Below are positions 28,950 through 38,772 of a stretch of 64,000 bases of DNA, piece after piece. Numbering within the stretch: position 1 is the stretch's first letter; each line of letters starts with the position of its first letter. The notes under the pieces were generated by a model that did not search any database, was not told the origin of the DNA, and saw only the letters and a list, made by a program, of their open reading frames with translations. Source of the DNA: an uncultured Gammaproteobacteria bacterium (GTDB lineage: Bacteria > Pseudomonadota > Gammaproteobacteria > DATFLG01); contig CAWHLH010000003.1 in assembly GCA_963830105.1 (NCBI GenBank), positions 648,646 to 712,645 on the forward strand, written 5' to 3'. A program made the translations under genes and the position numbers.

Positions 28950-31171
28950 CCATCTGGTTGATCGGCACCCGTACCGCGACCACCGTCCCCTTGCCGGCCG
29001 CGCCCTGTATCTCGAATGTCCCGCGGTGGCGCAAGACACGTTCACGCATCCCGAATATTCCCTGCGCATCGTGGTTGCGCATGGAGTTGATGTCCGCACC
29101 GCAACCATCGTCCCGCACCATCATCAGCAGATCTCCGTTTTCATGACCGATATGCACTTCGACCCGCTGCGCGCCGGAATGGCGCGCAACATTGGTCAGC
29201 GATTCCTGCAGTATTCTAAACATCGTGATGGCGATATCGGGCGGTAGATCGGATTCCGCCAGATCGGAGGTCAGCTCGCAGGCGATACCGATGTGGCGCT
29301 CGAATTCGCGCGTATGCCATTCCAACGCCGCTACCAAACCGAAATCATCCAGTATGCGCGGACGAAGCTCCGTGGCGATGCGCCGTATCGTCACCACCGC
29401 GTCGTCGATAAGCCGGTTCATGGCGTCGAATCTCGCGCCAAGCTCAGGGGCCGATGGGACGAGTTGGGATGAGACGGCATGCAGATTCATTTTCAGGGCC
29501 ATCAGCAAACTGCCGAACTCATCATGTATTTCCCCGGCGATGGCGGTGCGCTCGCGTTCCATACGACTGTGATCCCGCGACAGCAACTGTCTGAGACGTT
29601 CGCGATAATGGGACAGATCCTCCTGGGCCTCCTTGGTCTCGGTGATGTTCAGCACCAGGCCATCCCAAAACACGGCACCGTCGGGCAGGGTTTGCGGCGT
29701 CGCCCGCCAGGTCACCCACTTGACGCGCCCGTCGGCAAGGACCACCCGTCCTTCCCAGCTCCAGTCACGGAACGTGGCCACCGAGTCCGCCATGGACGCC
29801 CGGTACACCGCTCTGTCGTCGCCGTGGATCAATTCAAGAAAGCGGTCCGGATTCTTCCTGAAGGCGTTTACCGGCTGTTCGAACAGCAGATAGGCCGCTT
29901 TGCTGACAAAGTTCAGCTCTATGAGAGACCCGCGATCCGCCTTGGCCTGAAAGACGGCGCCCGGCAGGTTCGCCGTTATCGCCCTGAAGCGGCGCTCGCT
30001 CGCGTCGAGCGCCCGCTCCGCCTTGCGTCGCCGACTGATGTCGATCAATGTCCCGACGACTGCAGGTTGCCCTTCATAGGTCGTCTGTTTTCCCCATACC
30101 ATGGCGTCGAATGTGGAGCCGTCCTTGCGCACGCACGTGATCGCCGAAGGGTCATCACCGGTACCGCCGATCAGGGAACCGACCATGGCACGCCAAGCCG
30201 GCGCAAGCAGTTCCACGGGCAGCAAACCCATCATCGATTCGGCGGATGCGTAGCCGAACAATCGGGCCATGGCCGGATTGACGTAGCGCAGTGTCATGCC
30301 CCGGATGACATAGATGCCGGCGACCGAAGCCTCCATGGTCACACGGTACTTCTCCTCGCTTTCCCGCAGCGCCCGTGCAGCCTGCTTGTCGTCGGTGATG
30401 TCCCGAACAACCGCCACCACTGCCGGCGCGCCCCCCCCCCGTTCCGTCGCTGAGGCGCCGCAACCGGACCTCGACCGGGAATTCCTCTCCACTCTTGCGC
30501 CGGGCGCACCATTCGAAGTCGAGTTCTTCGCCGACCCGTGCGCGTTCAAGCAGATCGAAGGCCCGCTCTACCGAGCAGCATCCGCCGGAGAACGCCGCGA
30601 ACGGCAGGGTTAGCATTTCCTCGCGCGTGTAGCCGTAGCATTCCAGGACCTTGTCGTTCACGTCCGTGAGGCGACCGTCCGGCCCGTGCAGGAAGATCAT
30701 GTCGGGCGACGCACGGTAGATCGCCTCCAGGTGGCGTAGCGTTTCCTCGAGACGCGATTCGGACTCGCGGGTGACGGTCACGTTCGTGAGGACGCCGACG
30801 TATGCGGGTACCGTGTCCGGCGGGCCGTTCTTCACCACCGCCCGACCGAGCACCCGTACCACGGTGCCGCACGGATGCGCGAAGCGGTACTCGGCGTGGA
30901 AGTCGGTGCCGGTGTCGATTGCATGACGCCAGGACTGCTCGACACGCGCCGCGTCGTCGGCATGCAGCCACCGCGTCCAGCCCCGGCCCAGCACCTGCCC
31001 GCGGGACTGGCCCACCAGTTCGCAGGCCCGGGCATTGGCATAGGTCCATGGACCCTCGGCATCGGCGAGGTAAATCCCCACCGGCGCGATGTCCAGCACA
31101 TTGTGCAGGCGCGAGTTTCCAGTGCCCGGTCGATCATTCCCGGCGTCGGGTATATCCAACCTCTCCCCCAT
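28933..31171 (-). pseudogene. Cytoplasmic four-PAS HisKA_3 sensor kinase, frameshifted in a G10 tract (30431-30440)
   Basis: ORF 30155..31171 (PAS1-2) joins ORF 28933..30549 (PAS3-4, IAGEIHDEFG, QESLTNVARH, DDGCG, GMRER) if the tract is G9, giving 745 aa. Confidence 0.85.
30431..30440 (-). repeat. G10 homopolymer at the kinase frameshift
   Basis: Ten consecutive C on the + strand. Confidence 0.9.
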
Positions 31172-31925
31172 CAGGCGAAAAAGGGCCGCCTCCGCCAGGG
31201 AGTGCCCCGAGTTGCTGTTGGTTGTCGGACTCGGCCTCGGGGCCTGGAAAGCAAGGCGGGTCGCCTTGCCATCACACCCCCGACGTACCGCGGCGGCCGA
31301 AAGCGCTGCGGGACCCTTACCGGTCCCCGCAGCCCCCTCAGCAGGTGCACCCTCATCCCGGGCCCCAAACCAGGCGGTGAGGACCCAGGCGAAGCCGCCA
31401 GGCGCTGGAAGGCCTTGGAACTTCCCATTTTCTCAAGCCTTATTATCAACATGGACTGGCAACAACAACATTAACAAACGGTTAGGTACATAAAGGAAGC
31501 GCCATGCAGCGAGGGAACACACTCCGCCAGAGGCAACGTTCTGGAGTGGCACCACGCTCGTTGCGTCTCGCTCCGTAGGGGGAACGCCGTGCCCGCCCCA
31601 GGGCGAACTCATGTTATTGAGCAAAAGCGATTTTTGAGGGCCGGCTGGCGCCGGTTGTTAAGCTTCTGTTGTTATTGTATAAAGTGCCGTGGCTCTACGA
31701 CCGGGCAAACGGGAACAGGTTCCGGCATCGAGCGTCGATCGCCCTGCCCATCGCCGTTCGCCGCAGGCCTGCCGGTATTCCCGGACATCCGTCTCCGGCG
31801 CCGGCATCCGAACGGCTTGCCGGAAACCCGGACAGCTTCTGTATCCCCACCGGGCGGCCCCCCGGAAGGTCCCTGGCTGATGCCGGGCCGGGGCCGCTCC
31901 CTGTTCACTGGAAGGGACAATCACC

Positions 31926-32354
31926 ATGAAACGCATGCTTGCATCGGTCGCTCTCATCGCTGTCACGACTTCCGCCTGGGCAGGCGGCGCCCTGGAGGTT
32001 TCCGATGCCTGGATCCGGCACATGCCGGCGGACATTCCGTCAGCGGGATACTTCAACCTGAAGAACGAAGGCTCAAGCACCCGCTACCTGGTGGGGGCCG
32101 AGTGCGCCGCCTTCGGCAATACCATGCTGCACCGCAGCGTGGAGACCAACGGCGTGTCCCGGATGCTGCACGTGGAGGCGGTGAAAGTGGCGCCGGGCGG
32201 TGAGGTCAAGTTCGCCCCCGGCGGCTACCACGTGATGTTCATGATGCCCAAGGGATCATTGAAGCTCGGCGAGCAGGTACCCGTCACGCTGAAATTCAGA
32301 AACGGCCAACAGGTCACGGCACGCTTCACGGTGCGTTCTCCGGCCTCGGAGTGA
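31926..32354 (+). CDS. Periplasmic copper chaperone PCu(A)C
   Basis: Signal peptide, DAWIRHMP, SAGYFNL and an exact H-x10-M-x21-H-x-M copper motif. Confidence 0.92.
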   Translation: MKRMLASVALIAVTTSAWAGGALEVSDAWIRHMPADIPSAGYFNLKNEGSSTRYLVGAECAAFGNTMLHRSVETNGVSRMLHVEAVKVAPGGEVKFAPGGYHVMFMMPKGSLKLGEQVPVTLKFRNGQQVTARFTVRSPASE

Positions 32355-32388
32355 CGTCGCCGCCACCACCGCACTCACGGGGAGAGCC

Positions 32389-32985
32389 ATGCCACGGATT
32401 TCACGTCTCGCGTTCGGCGCATTGATGCTGGCATTCGTCGGATCCCTCGCGGGCTGCGGCAAACCTCCCGCGCACTTCACGCTCGCCGACGTCACGGGGC
32501 AGCTGCCGCCGCTGCAGTTCGAGCTCGAGGACGCCTCCGGCAAGCAACGTACAGCCGCCGACTATCGCGGCAAGGTGGTCATGCTGTTCTTCGGCTACAC
32601 CCATTGCCCGGACGTATGCCCCACCACCCTGCTGCACCTGGCCCATGTACTGAAGGAACTGGGCCCCAACGCGCAACACGTGGCCATGCTGTTCGTGACC
32701 GTCGACCCCGAGCACGACACATTGAAGAAGCTCGCCGGATATACCGCAGCCTTCGATCCGCGCATCGTGGGACTGCGCGGGGTCGGCAAACCGCTCGAGG
32801 CGCTTGAAAAGCGCTATCATGTGTACGTCCACAAAGTGGTCAAGTCCAACGGCAACTACCAGATCGACCACACGGCCTCCATCTACATATTCGACCAGCG
32901 GGGCGAGGCCCGCCTGCTGGCGGGCGGCACCGACTCTCTGACCGACATTGCAAAGGACGTCACCAAGCTCGTCAACGGCGCCTGA
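32389..32985 (+). CDS. SCO1/SenC family copper-binding lipoprotein
   Basis: Lipobox LAGC, FFGYTHCPDVCPTTL (CxxxC), VTVDPEHD and IDHTASIY. Confidence 0.93.
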   Translation: MPRISRLAFGALMLAFVGSLAGCGKPPAHFTLADVTGQLPPLQFELEDASGKQRTAADYRGKVVMLFFGYTHCPDVCPTTLLHLAHVLKELGPNAQHVAMLFVTVDPEHDTLKKLAGYTAAFDPRIVGLRGVGKPLEALEKRYHVYVHKVVKSNGNYQIDHTASIYIFDQRGEARLLAGGTDSLTDIAKDVTKLVNGA

Positions 32986-33101
32986 CTGCGAGCTGCCCTG
33001 CCCGGGAGGGTTGTCCAGCGCGCTCGGTTCTGCCCTTGTGCGCCGTCACAGGCACCCGCGTTCCAACACCCGCACGGGGGTTCGTCGTCCTTCGATCGAA
33101 A

Positions 33102-33257
33102 AGCGCCGTTGCCGAAGAGATCAATCGCAACGTCGTACGCATCAAGGAGATCTCCGCGGATGCGGCGCTCAACGCCGATCAGGCCTCCGATGCCGGTCAG
33201 GAACCGGCGCGCCGGGCTTCAGTATTGAACGTGCTGTTGGACGTGTTCAAGGTCTAG
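33102..33257 (+). pseudogene. C-terminal remnant of a methyl-accepting chemotaxis protein
   Basis: SAVAEEINRNVVRIKEIS...ADQASDAGQE.AR.AS.L..LL..FKV* matches the MCP signalling-domain tail. No upstream MCP body. Confidence 0.7.
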
Positions 33258-34534
33258 TGGAACGCCACATCCCGCAGAAACAGCGCAATCTGCGGAAACA
33301 CGATGATCAGCACGGTGGCAAGCAACAGCAGCACGAAGAACGGCGGGGTCCCGCGGATGATCTCCACGTAGGGGCGACGAAAGATCGCCATGGCGGTGAA
33401 GATGTCGCACCCGAATGGCGGCGTCGCCGAGCCGATCGCAGCCTGCAGCGTCACCAACGTGCCCACCAGCACCGGATCGATCCCGGCATGCTGGACCACG
33501 GGCTGGAAAATGGGCGTCAGAATCAGGATGACGACAATCGGATCTACGAACATGCAGCCGATGAAGAAAGCCACCGATATGATGACCAGGATGTGATACT
33601 GGCTCATGTCGGCCGTGAGAAAGTGACCCACCAGCGTCTGCGGAATCTGGGCAAAGGAAATGGTCCATGAAAATGCGGTACCCGCCGCCACCAGCACGAA
33701 CACCACCGACGTGATCAGACCAGTCGACAGCGCAATGCGACCGATCTCCCTCGCCTTCACAGCCCGGAAAATCACCAGCTCCAGGATCAGCGCGTAGAGC
33801 ACTGACATGGCCGCAGCCTCGGTCGGGCTGAACATGCCGCTGTAGATGCCGCCGATGATGATCACGGGAAAGCCCATGGGCAGGGCCGCCTTGCGCATCG
33901 CCTGCCAGCGTACACCCCACCGCTGCCGGGGCCGGCGCGGGATGTCCTGCCAGCGTGCGGCCACATAGCAATAGCCCGAGAACAGAGCCATGATCAACAG
34001 CCCCGGCCCGATCCCGGCGATGAACAGTTCGCCCACCGAGGTACCCGAGACCACCCCGTAGATGATCATGCCGATACTGGGCGGAATGAGCAGCGCAATG
34101 TCGGCCGAACTGACGATCAGCGCGATGGCGAAGCTGTCCTTGTAACCTGCCTCCAGCAGCTTGGGTCGCAGCGGTCCGCCCATCGCCACGACCGTCGCCT
34201 GGGTCGAGCCCGACACCGCTCCGAACAGGGTGCAGCTCACCGCCGTGGTGATGGGGAGTCCGCCGCGCACGTGCCCCACGAAACTCATCACCATGTCCAG
34301 CAGCCGATTTGCGGTGTGCCCCCGGGTCATGATGTCCGCGGCGAAGATGAACATGGGTACGGCAATCAGTACGGGCGGCTTGACCCCGCCGATCATCTGC
34401 TGAATCAGGATCGAAGGATCCATGAACGAAAAGTGAACCACGAATACCGCCAGTGCGGCGGCGATCAGGGGCACCATCATGGGGAACCCCAGCAGGAGCA
34501 GCACGATCATCACCGAGAATATCAGCGTCAGCAT
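33254..34534 (-). CDS. teaC: TRAP transporter large permease DctM (TeaC-like)
   Basis: LIAVPMFIFAADIM, FGAVSGSTQAT, LLIPPSIGMIIYG, FSPTEAAA and IGSATPPFG motifs. Confidence 0.88.
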   Translation of the reverse strand: MLTLIFSVMIVLLLLGFPMMVPLIAAALAVFVVHFSFMDPSILIQQMIGGVKPPVLIAVPMFIFAADIMTRGHTANRLLDMVMSFVGHVRGGLPITTAVSCTLFGAVSGSTQATVVAMGGPLRPKLLEAGYKDSFAIALIVSSADIALLIPPSIGMIIYGVVSGTSVGELFIAGIGPGLLIMALFSGYCYVAARWQDIPRRPRQRWGVRWQAMRKAALPMGFPVIIIGGIYSGMFSPTEAAAMSVLYALILELVIFRAVKAREIGRIALSTGLITSVVFVLVAAGTAFSWTISFAQIPQTLVGHFLTADMSQYHILVIISVAFFIGCMFVDPIVVILILTPIFQPVVQHAGIDPVLVGTLVTLQAAIGSATPPFGCDIFTAMAIFRRPYVEIIRGTPPFFVLLLLATVLIIVFPQIALFLRDVAFH

Positions 34535-34571
34535 GGCACTGCCCTATTCGTGTCGCTGCGGGAGAGCATCT

Positions 34572-35147
34572 CTAGAGGGCGTAGCTTTCCGGCTCATCCT
34601 CGTACTCGTCCTTTTTCTGAAAAGACAAATGCACGCCCGAACTGGTCATGTTGCGCACCGCCGCGAGTAGATACTGAATACCCCCCAGCACGAACCCCAC
34701 GGGCGCCCACATATAGACCAGGTAAAGCGGTATTTGCATGGCCGGCGTCACGCTGCCGATCTGGTAGGTCTTCTCCACGTAGCCCAGCGCATACCAGGCC
34801 AGGGCAAACATCAGCGCGCCTGTTCCCAGCGACACGATGACCATCAGAATCTTGCGTGCCAGCCCCTGCAACTGGTCGTGCACGGCAGTCATCCGGATGT
34901 GACGACCGTGACGCACACCGTAGCCTATCCCCATGAAGGTCGTAAGAATAATGAGAATCTGATTGAGTTCATCAGCGAATATCAGACTGTGATCGAATAC
35001 GTTACGGCCGATTACATTCGTTATCGTCACCGCTGCCATCGCAAGCACACTGCCGGCCAATACCAGCCGCTCGATGATCTCAATGCCCTTGTCCAGCCGC
35101 TGCAGCCAACGCAGCAAGGCGCGGTATCGTCCCGGGACAGACGTCAT
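34572..35147 (-). CDS. teaB: TRAP transporter small permease DctQ (TeaB-like)
   Basis: Four TM segments, NVIGRNVF..SLIFADEL and GIGYGVRHGRHIRM. Confidence 0.85.
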   Translation of the reverse strand: MTSVPGRYRALLRWLQRLDKGIEIIERLVLAGSVLAMAAVTITNVIGRNVFDHSLIFADELNQILIILTTFMGIGYGVRHGRHIRMTAVHDQLQGLARKILMVIVSLGTGALMFALAWYALGYVEKTYQIGSVTPAMQIPLYLVYMWAPVGFVLGGIQYLLAAVRNMTSSGVHLSFQKKDEYEDEPESYAL

Positions 35148-35417
35148 GACTGGCCGACCTCCCCACTTGGTTGGTTGAACTACGCAGCGCTCAAACGGAT
35201 CTCGTGTATCGCGATTGTTCGGAAGTTTGTGTTAAGGTTCATGCAAACCAATTGGCGCCGTGCTGCGCCTTCGCAGTGACGCTGCGGCGCTCGCACCCGT
35301 CCTGCTCCCGCAGCTTCATTGCGTTGTTGTGGCTGCGGCGCCCGCCCGCTGCGCCGGTCGCGCGATACTGACTGATACTGAACATCGCACAGCATCTTCC
35401 AAGCGGAGGAACAATGC

Positions 35418-36455
35418 ATGGTGAGACAGCTTATAAGGGTTTTGCTTGGTTTTCTACTGCTGGCCTGCACCGCAGCCCAGGCCGCGCAATACCACTGGCG
35501 CTTTGCCCTGGAAGAGATCAAGGGCAGCGTGCAGGACCACTACGCACAACAGTTCAAGAAACTGATGGAAAAGCGAACCCATGGCAAGGTGCAGATCACC
35601 ATCTATCCGTACGGCGCGCTCGGCACCTCCGCGGAACTGACCGAATTGGTGCAAAACGGTGCATTGCAGTTCGCGTTCGCCTCTCCCGGTCACCTGGGCT
35701 CGGTGGTACCGGAAACCCAGATCTTTTCCCTGCATTTTCTGTTTCCGCGCGATAGTCGCGTCAATGAGAAGATTCTCAGCAGCAGCCACGCACTGTACCA
35801 GATGCTCGGTCAGGCCTACCTCGACAAGGACCTGAAGCTGCTGGCGATCATCCCCGAAGGATGGATGGTATGGACCAGCAACCGGGCTTTGCGCACGCCA
35901 TCCGATTTCAAAGGCTTGAAGATTCGAACCATGGTGTCGCCCCTGGTGCTGGACGACTACCGTGCCTACGGCGCCAACCCCACGCCCATGGCCTATTCAT
36001 CGGTGTACAGCGGCCTGCAACTGCACATGATCGACGCACAGGTAAACCCGGTGTTCGCCATCGAGGAAATGGGCTTCTATCAGGTGCAGAAATACATGAC
36101 ATTCGGATACCAGCTGCCGTTCATCACGACGCTGGTCGCCAACCCGAAATTCTTCTCCAACCTGCCGCCCGATCTGCGCAAGACCGTGCTGGACGTGAAA
36201 AAGCAGCTGGACGGTTACATCTACAAGGTTCAGGAGCGGCTGAACAAGGAGCGCCTCAAGAAGATCGAGGCCAAAAGCGACATCACGGTCAATTACCTGA
36301 CTGACGCCGAACGCGCCGCTTTCCGCAAGGATGCCCTACCGGTACGCAAGGAATACATCAAGCTCGCCGGCCCGCGCGGCCGCAGGATTCTGGACACCCT
36401 GACCAAGGAAATATCGGAAGCCGAAGCGCTCCAGAAGCAAACCAGCGGCAAATGA
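35418..36455 (+). CDS. teaA: TRAP substrate-binding protein DctP, TeaA/UehA-like (ectoine)
   Basis: Signal peptide, WRFALEEIKGSVQDHYAQQFK, SPGHLG, PEGWMVWT, KIRTM and NPVFAIE resemble TeaA as I recall it. Adjacent to ectABC. Confidence 0.8.
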   Translation: MVRQLIRVLLGFLLLACTAAQAAQYHWRFALEEIKGSVQDHYAQQFKKLMEKRTHGKVQITIYPYGALGTSAELTELVQNGALQFAFASPGHLGSVVPETQIFSLHFLFPRDSRVNEKILSSSHALYQMLGQAYLDKDLKLLAIIPEGWMVWTSNRALRTPSDFKGLKIRTMVSPLVLDDYRAYGANPTPMAYSSVYSGLQLHMIDAQVNPVFAIEEMGFYQVQKYMTFGYQLPFITTLVANPKFFSNLPPDLRKTVLDVKKQLDGYIYKVQERLNKERLKKIEAKSDITVNYLTDAERAAFRKDALPVRKEYIKLAGPRGRRILDTLTKEISEAEALQKQTSGK

Positions 36456-36467
36456 CAAGCTACGAAT

Positions 36468-36506
36468 GATGAACTGAGGGCGGACGCACCGGCCCCTCAG
36501 TTCATC
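36468..36506. terminator. Perfect 13-bp stem hairpin between convergent teaA and ectC
   Basis: GATGAACTGAGGG ... CCCTCAGTTCATC. No U tract. Confidence 0.55.
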
Positions 36507-36551
36507 GCTCATCATCCTGCATTCATGGTTCTGAGTTCCGCACTGCGGCAC

Positions 36552-36935
36552 TCACTCCACGACCGGATATGTCCCCTCCTCATCATGCACTTCCCGCCCC
36601 GTCAGTGGCGGGTTGAACACGCACACCACGCGCAGATCCGTCCTGGCCCGCAGGTGATGCTTCTCGTGCTCGCTGAGGGCATACATGGTGCCGGGCGTGA
36701 TCTGGTAGATGGGCCCGTTGGGCAGCACTTCCAACTCGCCCTCGCCTTCGATGCAGTAGACGGCTTCCAGGTGGTGCTTGTACCAGATCAACGTCTCGGT
36801 ACCCGCATACAGAACGGTATCGCTCATGGAGAAGCCCATGCCGTCTTCCTTGAGCAGGAAACGTCTGCTCTTCCAGGTCTTGGCCCTCACGTCCTTGTCG
36901 GTATCCTCGATTTCGCTCAGGTGTCGTACGATCAT
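36552..36935 (-). CDS. ectC: L-ectoine synthase
   Basis: MIVRHL, WKSRRFLLKEDGMGFS, WYKHHLEAVYCIEGEG and VFNPPLTGREVHDEEGTY. Confidence 0.97.
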   Translation of the reverse strand: MIVRHLSEIEDTDKDVRAKTWKSRRFLLKEDGMGFSMSDTVLYAGTETLIWYKHHLEAVYCIEGEGELEVLPNGPIYQITPGTMYALSEHEKHHLRARTDLRVVCVFNPPLTGREVHDEEGTYPVVE

Positions 36936-36961
36936 TGCTGCTCCTCCGTTCCAGATGGTCG

Positions 36962-38245
36962 TTATACGGCTGCCTTGATGGTCCGCGCCGGCGCACTGTC
37001 GCCGAGCAGCGCCGAGACCGTCTCGCGCACGATATCCAGTCCCCTGGCAAGTGCCTCGTCTCCAATGGTCAACGGCGGCATGAGCTTGAGGACGTTGTCC
37101 TCAGGACCCGCCGTTTCCATCACCATGCCGCGTTCGAAGGCACCGCGCGATATATCCTTGGCGAGGCCGTCGCGGTCACAGACCAGGCCCTGAAGAAGAC
37201 CGCGACCTCTGACGGCACTGAATGCATCTGGCCAATCGGCGGCCAGGCGGTCGAGAAACTCGCGCACGCGCACGCCCTTTGTCTCGGTAGCGCGCCGGAA
37301 CTCGTCCGACTCCCAAAAGCTCAATGCCTCGGTCGCCGTCACAAAGGCCGGGTTGTGACCGCGGAAGGTGCCATTGTGCTCGCCCGCTTCCCACTGGTCC
37401 CATTCCGGCTTGATCAGGGTCAGCGCCATGGGCAGCCCGTAACCGCTGATGGACTTTGACAGACAGATGATATCCGGCTCGATGCCCGCGGGTTCGAAGC
37501 TGAAGAACGGTCCGGTACGGCCGCAGCCCACCTGAATATCGTCGACCACCAGCAGCATCCCATGACGCCGGCAGAGATCCTGCAGACCGCGCAGCCACTC
37601 GTCACTGGCCACATTGACGCCGCCCTCGGCCTGCAGGGTCTCGACAATCACTGCGGCGGGCATATCGACGCCGCTGCCGCTGTCAGCCAGGAGACGTTCG
37701 ATGTACTCCAGCGTATCCACATCGGCGCCAAAATAACCGTCGAACGGCATGGTGTCGCTCATTGTCAGAGGTACGCCGGCGCCGCCTCGCTTGAACGCGT
37801 TGCCGGTCACCGAAAGCGCACCCAGCGTCATGCCATGAAAGGCATTGGTGAACGAGATCACCTTCTCCCGCCCGGTCACCTTGCGCGCCAGTTTGAGCGC
37901 AGCCTCCACGGAGTTGGTGCCGGTCGGACCGGGAAACTGGATCTTGTAATCGATGCCGCGCGGCGCAAGGATTACCGAGTGAAAGCGTTCCAGAAACCGC
38001 TCTTTTGCCCACGACGCCATGTCCAGGCTGTGAGTGATGCCGTCGCGCTCGATATATTCCAGGAGTCTGGCTTTGAGACGCGGATGATTGTGGCCGTAGT
38101 TGAGCGCACCGGCACCGCTGAAGAAATCCAGGTACTCGCGTCCGTCGACATCGTACAGCGAGGAACCCTGAGCCTTGTCGAACACCACCGGAAAGCTGCG
38201 GCAATACCCACGTACCGCCGACTCGGTACGATTGATAATTTCCAT
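36962..38245 (-). CDS. ectB: Diaminobutyrate--2-oxoglutarate transaminase
   Basis: ESAVRGYCRSFP, FFSGAGALNYGHN, FPGPTGTNSVEAALK, DDIQVGCGRTG and LSKSISGYGLP. Confidence 0.97.
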   Translation of the reverse strand: MEIINRTESAVRGYCRSFPVVFDKAQGSSLYDVDGREYLDFFSGAGALNYGHNHPRLKARLLEYIERDGITHSLDMASWAKERFLERFHSVILAPRGIDYKIQFPGPTGTNSVEAALKLARKVTGREKVISFTNAFHGMTLGALSVTGNAFKRGGAGVPLTMSDTMPFDGYFGADVDTLEYIERLLADSGSGVDMPAAVIVETLQAEGGVNVASDEWLRGLQDLCRRHGMLLVVDDIQVGCGRTGPFFSFEPAGIEPDIICLSKSISGYGLPMALTLIKPEWDQWEAGEHNGTFRGHNPAFVTATEALSFWESDEFRRATETKGVRVREFLDRLAADWPDAFSAVRGRGLLQGLVCDRDGLAKDISRGAFERGMVMETAGPEDNVLKLMPPLTIGDEALARGLDIVRETVSALLGDSAPARTIKAAV

Positions 38246-38271
38246 AGTCGGTTACCTTTTCTGCTGTGAGT

Positions 38272-38772
38272 TCAATTGAGCGGACCCAGCCGGAACAGGT
38301 GCTCCGGCTCGTGGCCGCCCTCTGGAAACAGTTCCTTCGCAAAGCCGTCGTGCTCTGCAATCTCCACCTCAAGGCGGCGCGCGAGCGACTGAAACAGCGC
38401 CCGCGAGGGCCCGTTGGAGGGGGATATCGTCGTTTCGATGTAGGAGATATCCCGACAGGCGTCCAGCGAGAGCAACGTGTCCAGCAGCGTCGAGGCGACA
38501 CCGCGTCCACGCGCAGCGCCGTCCACCCCGATCTGCCAGACAAACAGCACGTCGTTGCGCGTCGGAGGCCGGTAGGCGGTCACGAAACCCACCAGCTTGC
38601 CATCCATCTCGGCCACCACGCATGTATCCGCGAAATCCTGACAGAGAAGCAGGTAACAATAGGATGAGTTCACATCCAAAACGCCCGAATTCTTGACCAG
38701 GGACCACACACCAGGGCCGTCCTGCAGAGTGGACTTGCGGTATGTCAGTGGTCCGTCGATTTCAGCATTCAT
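38272..38772 (-). CDS. ectA: Diaminobutyrate acetyltransferase
   Basis: LDVNSSYCYLL, LFVWQIGV, RGRGVA and ETTISPSNGPSRALF. Start MNAEIDG at 38772. Confidence 0.95.
   Translation of the reverse strand: MNAEIDGPLTYRKSTLQDGPGVWSLVKNSGVLDVNSSYCYLLLCQDFADTCVVAEMDGKLVGFVTAYRPPTRNDVLFVWQIGVDGAARGRGVASTLLDTLLSLDACRDISYIETTISPSNGPSRALFQSLARRLEVEIAEHDGFAKELFPEGGHEPEHLFRLGPLN

Noticed and set aside
31172-31925. Possible c-di-GMP riboswitch or DUF2946 gene upstream of PCuAC (GGGCAAAC near 31702, hairpins near 31290 and 31525)
   Set aside because: The GEMM P2 and GAAA-tetraloop elements are absent, the ORFs lack CxxC and RxPP, and GC-rich hairpins are expected by chance.
24729-33257. att repeat of tRNA-Val(CAC) delimiting a second island
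   Set aside because: No second copy of the tRNA 3' end and no integrase found, so it is reported only as a possible islet.
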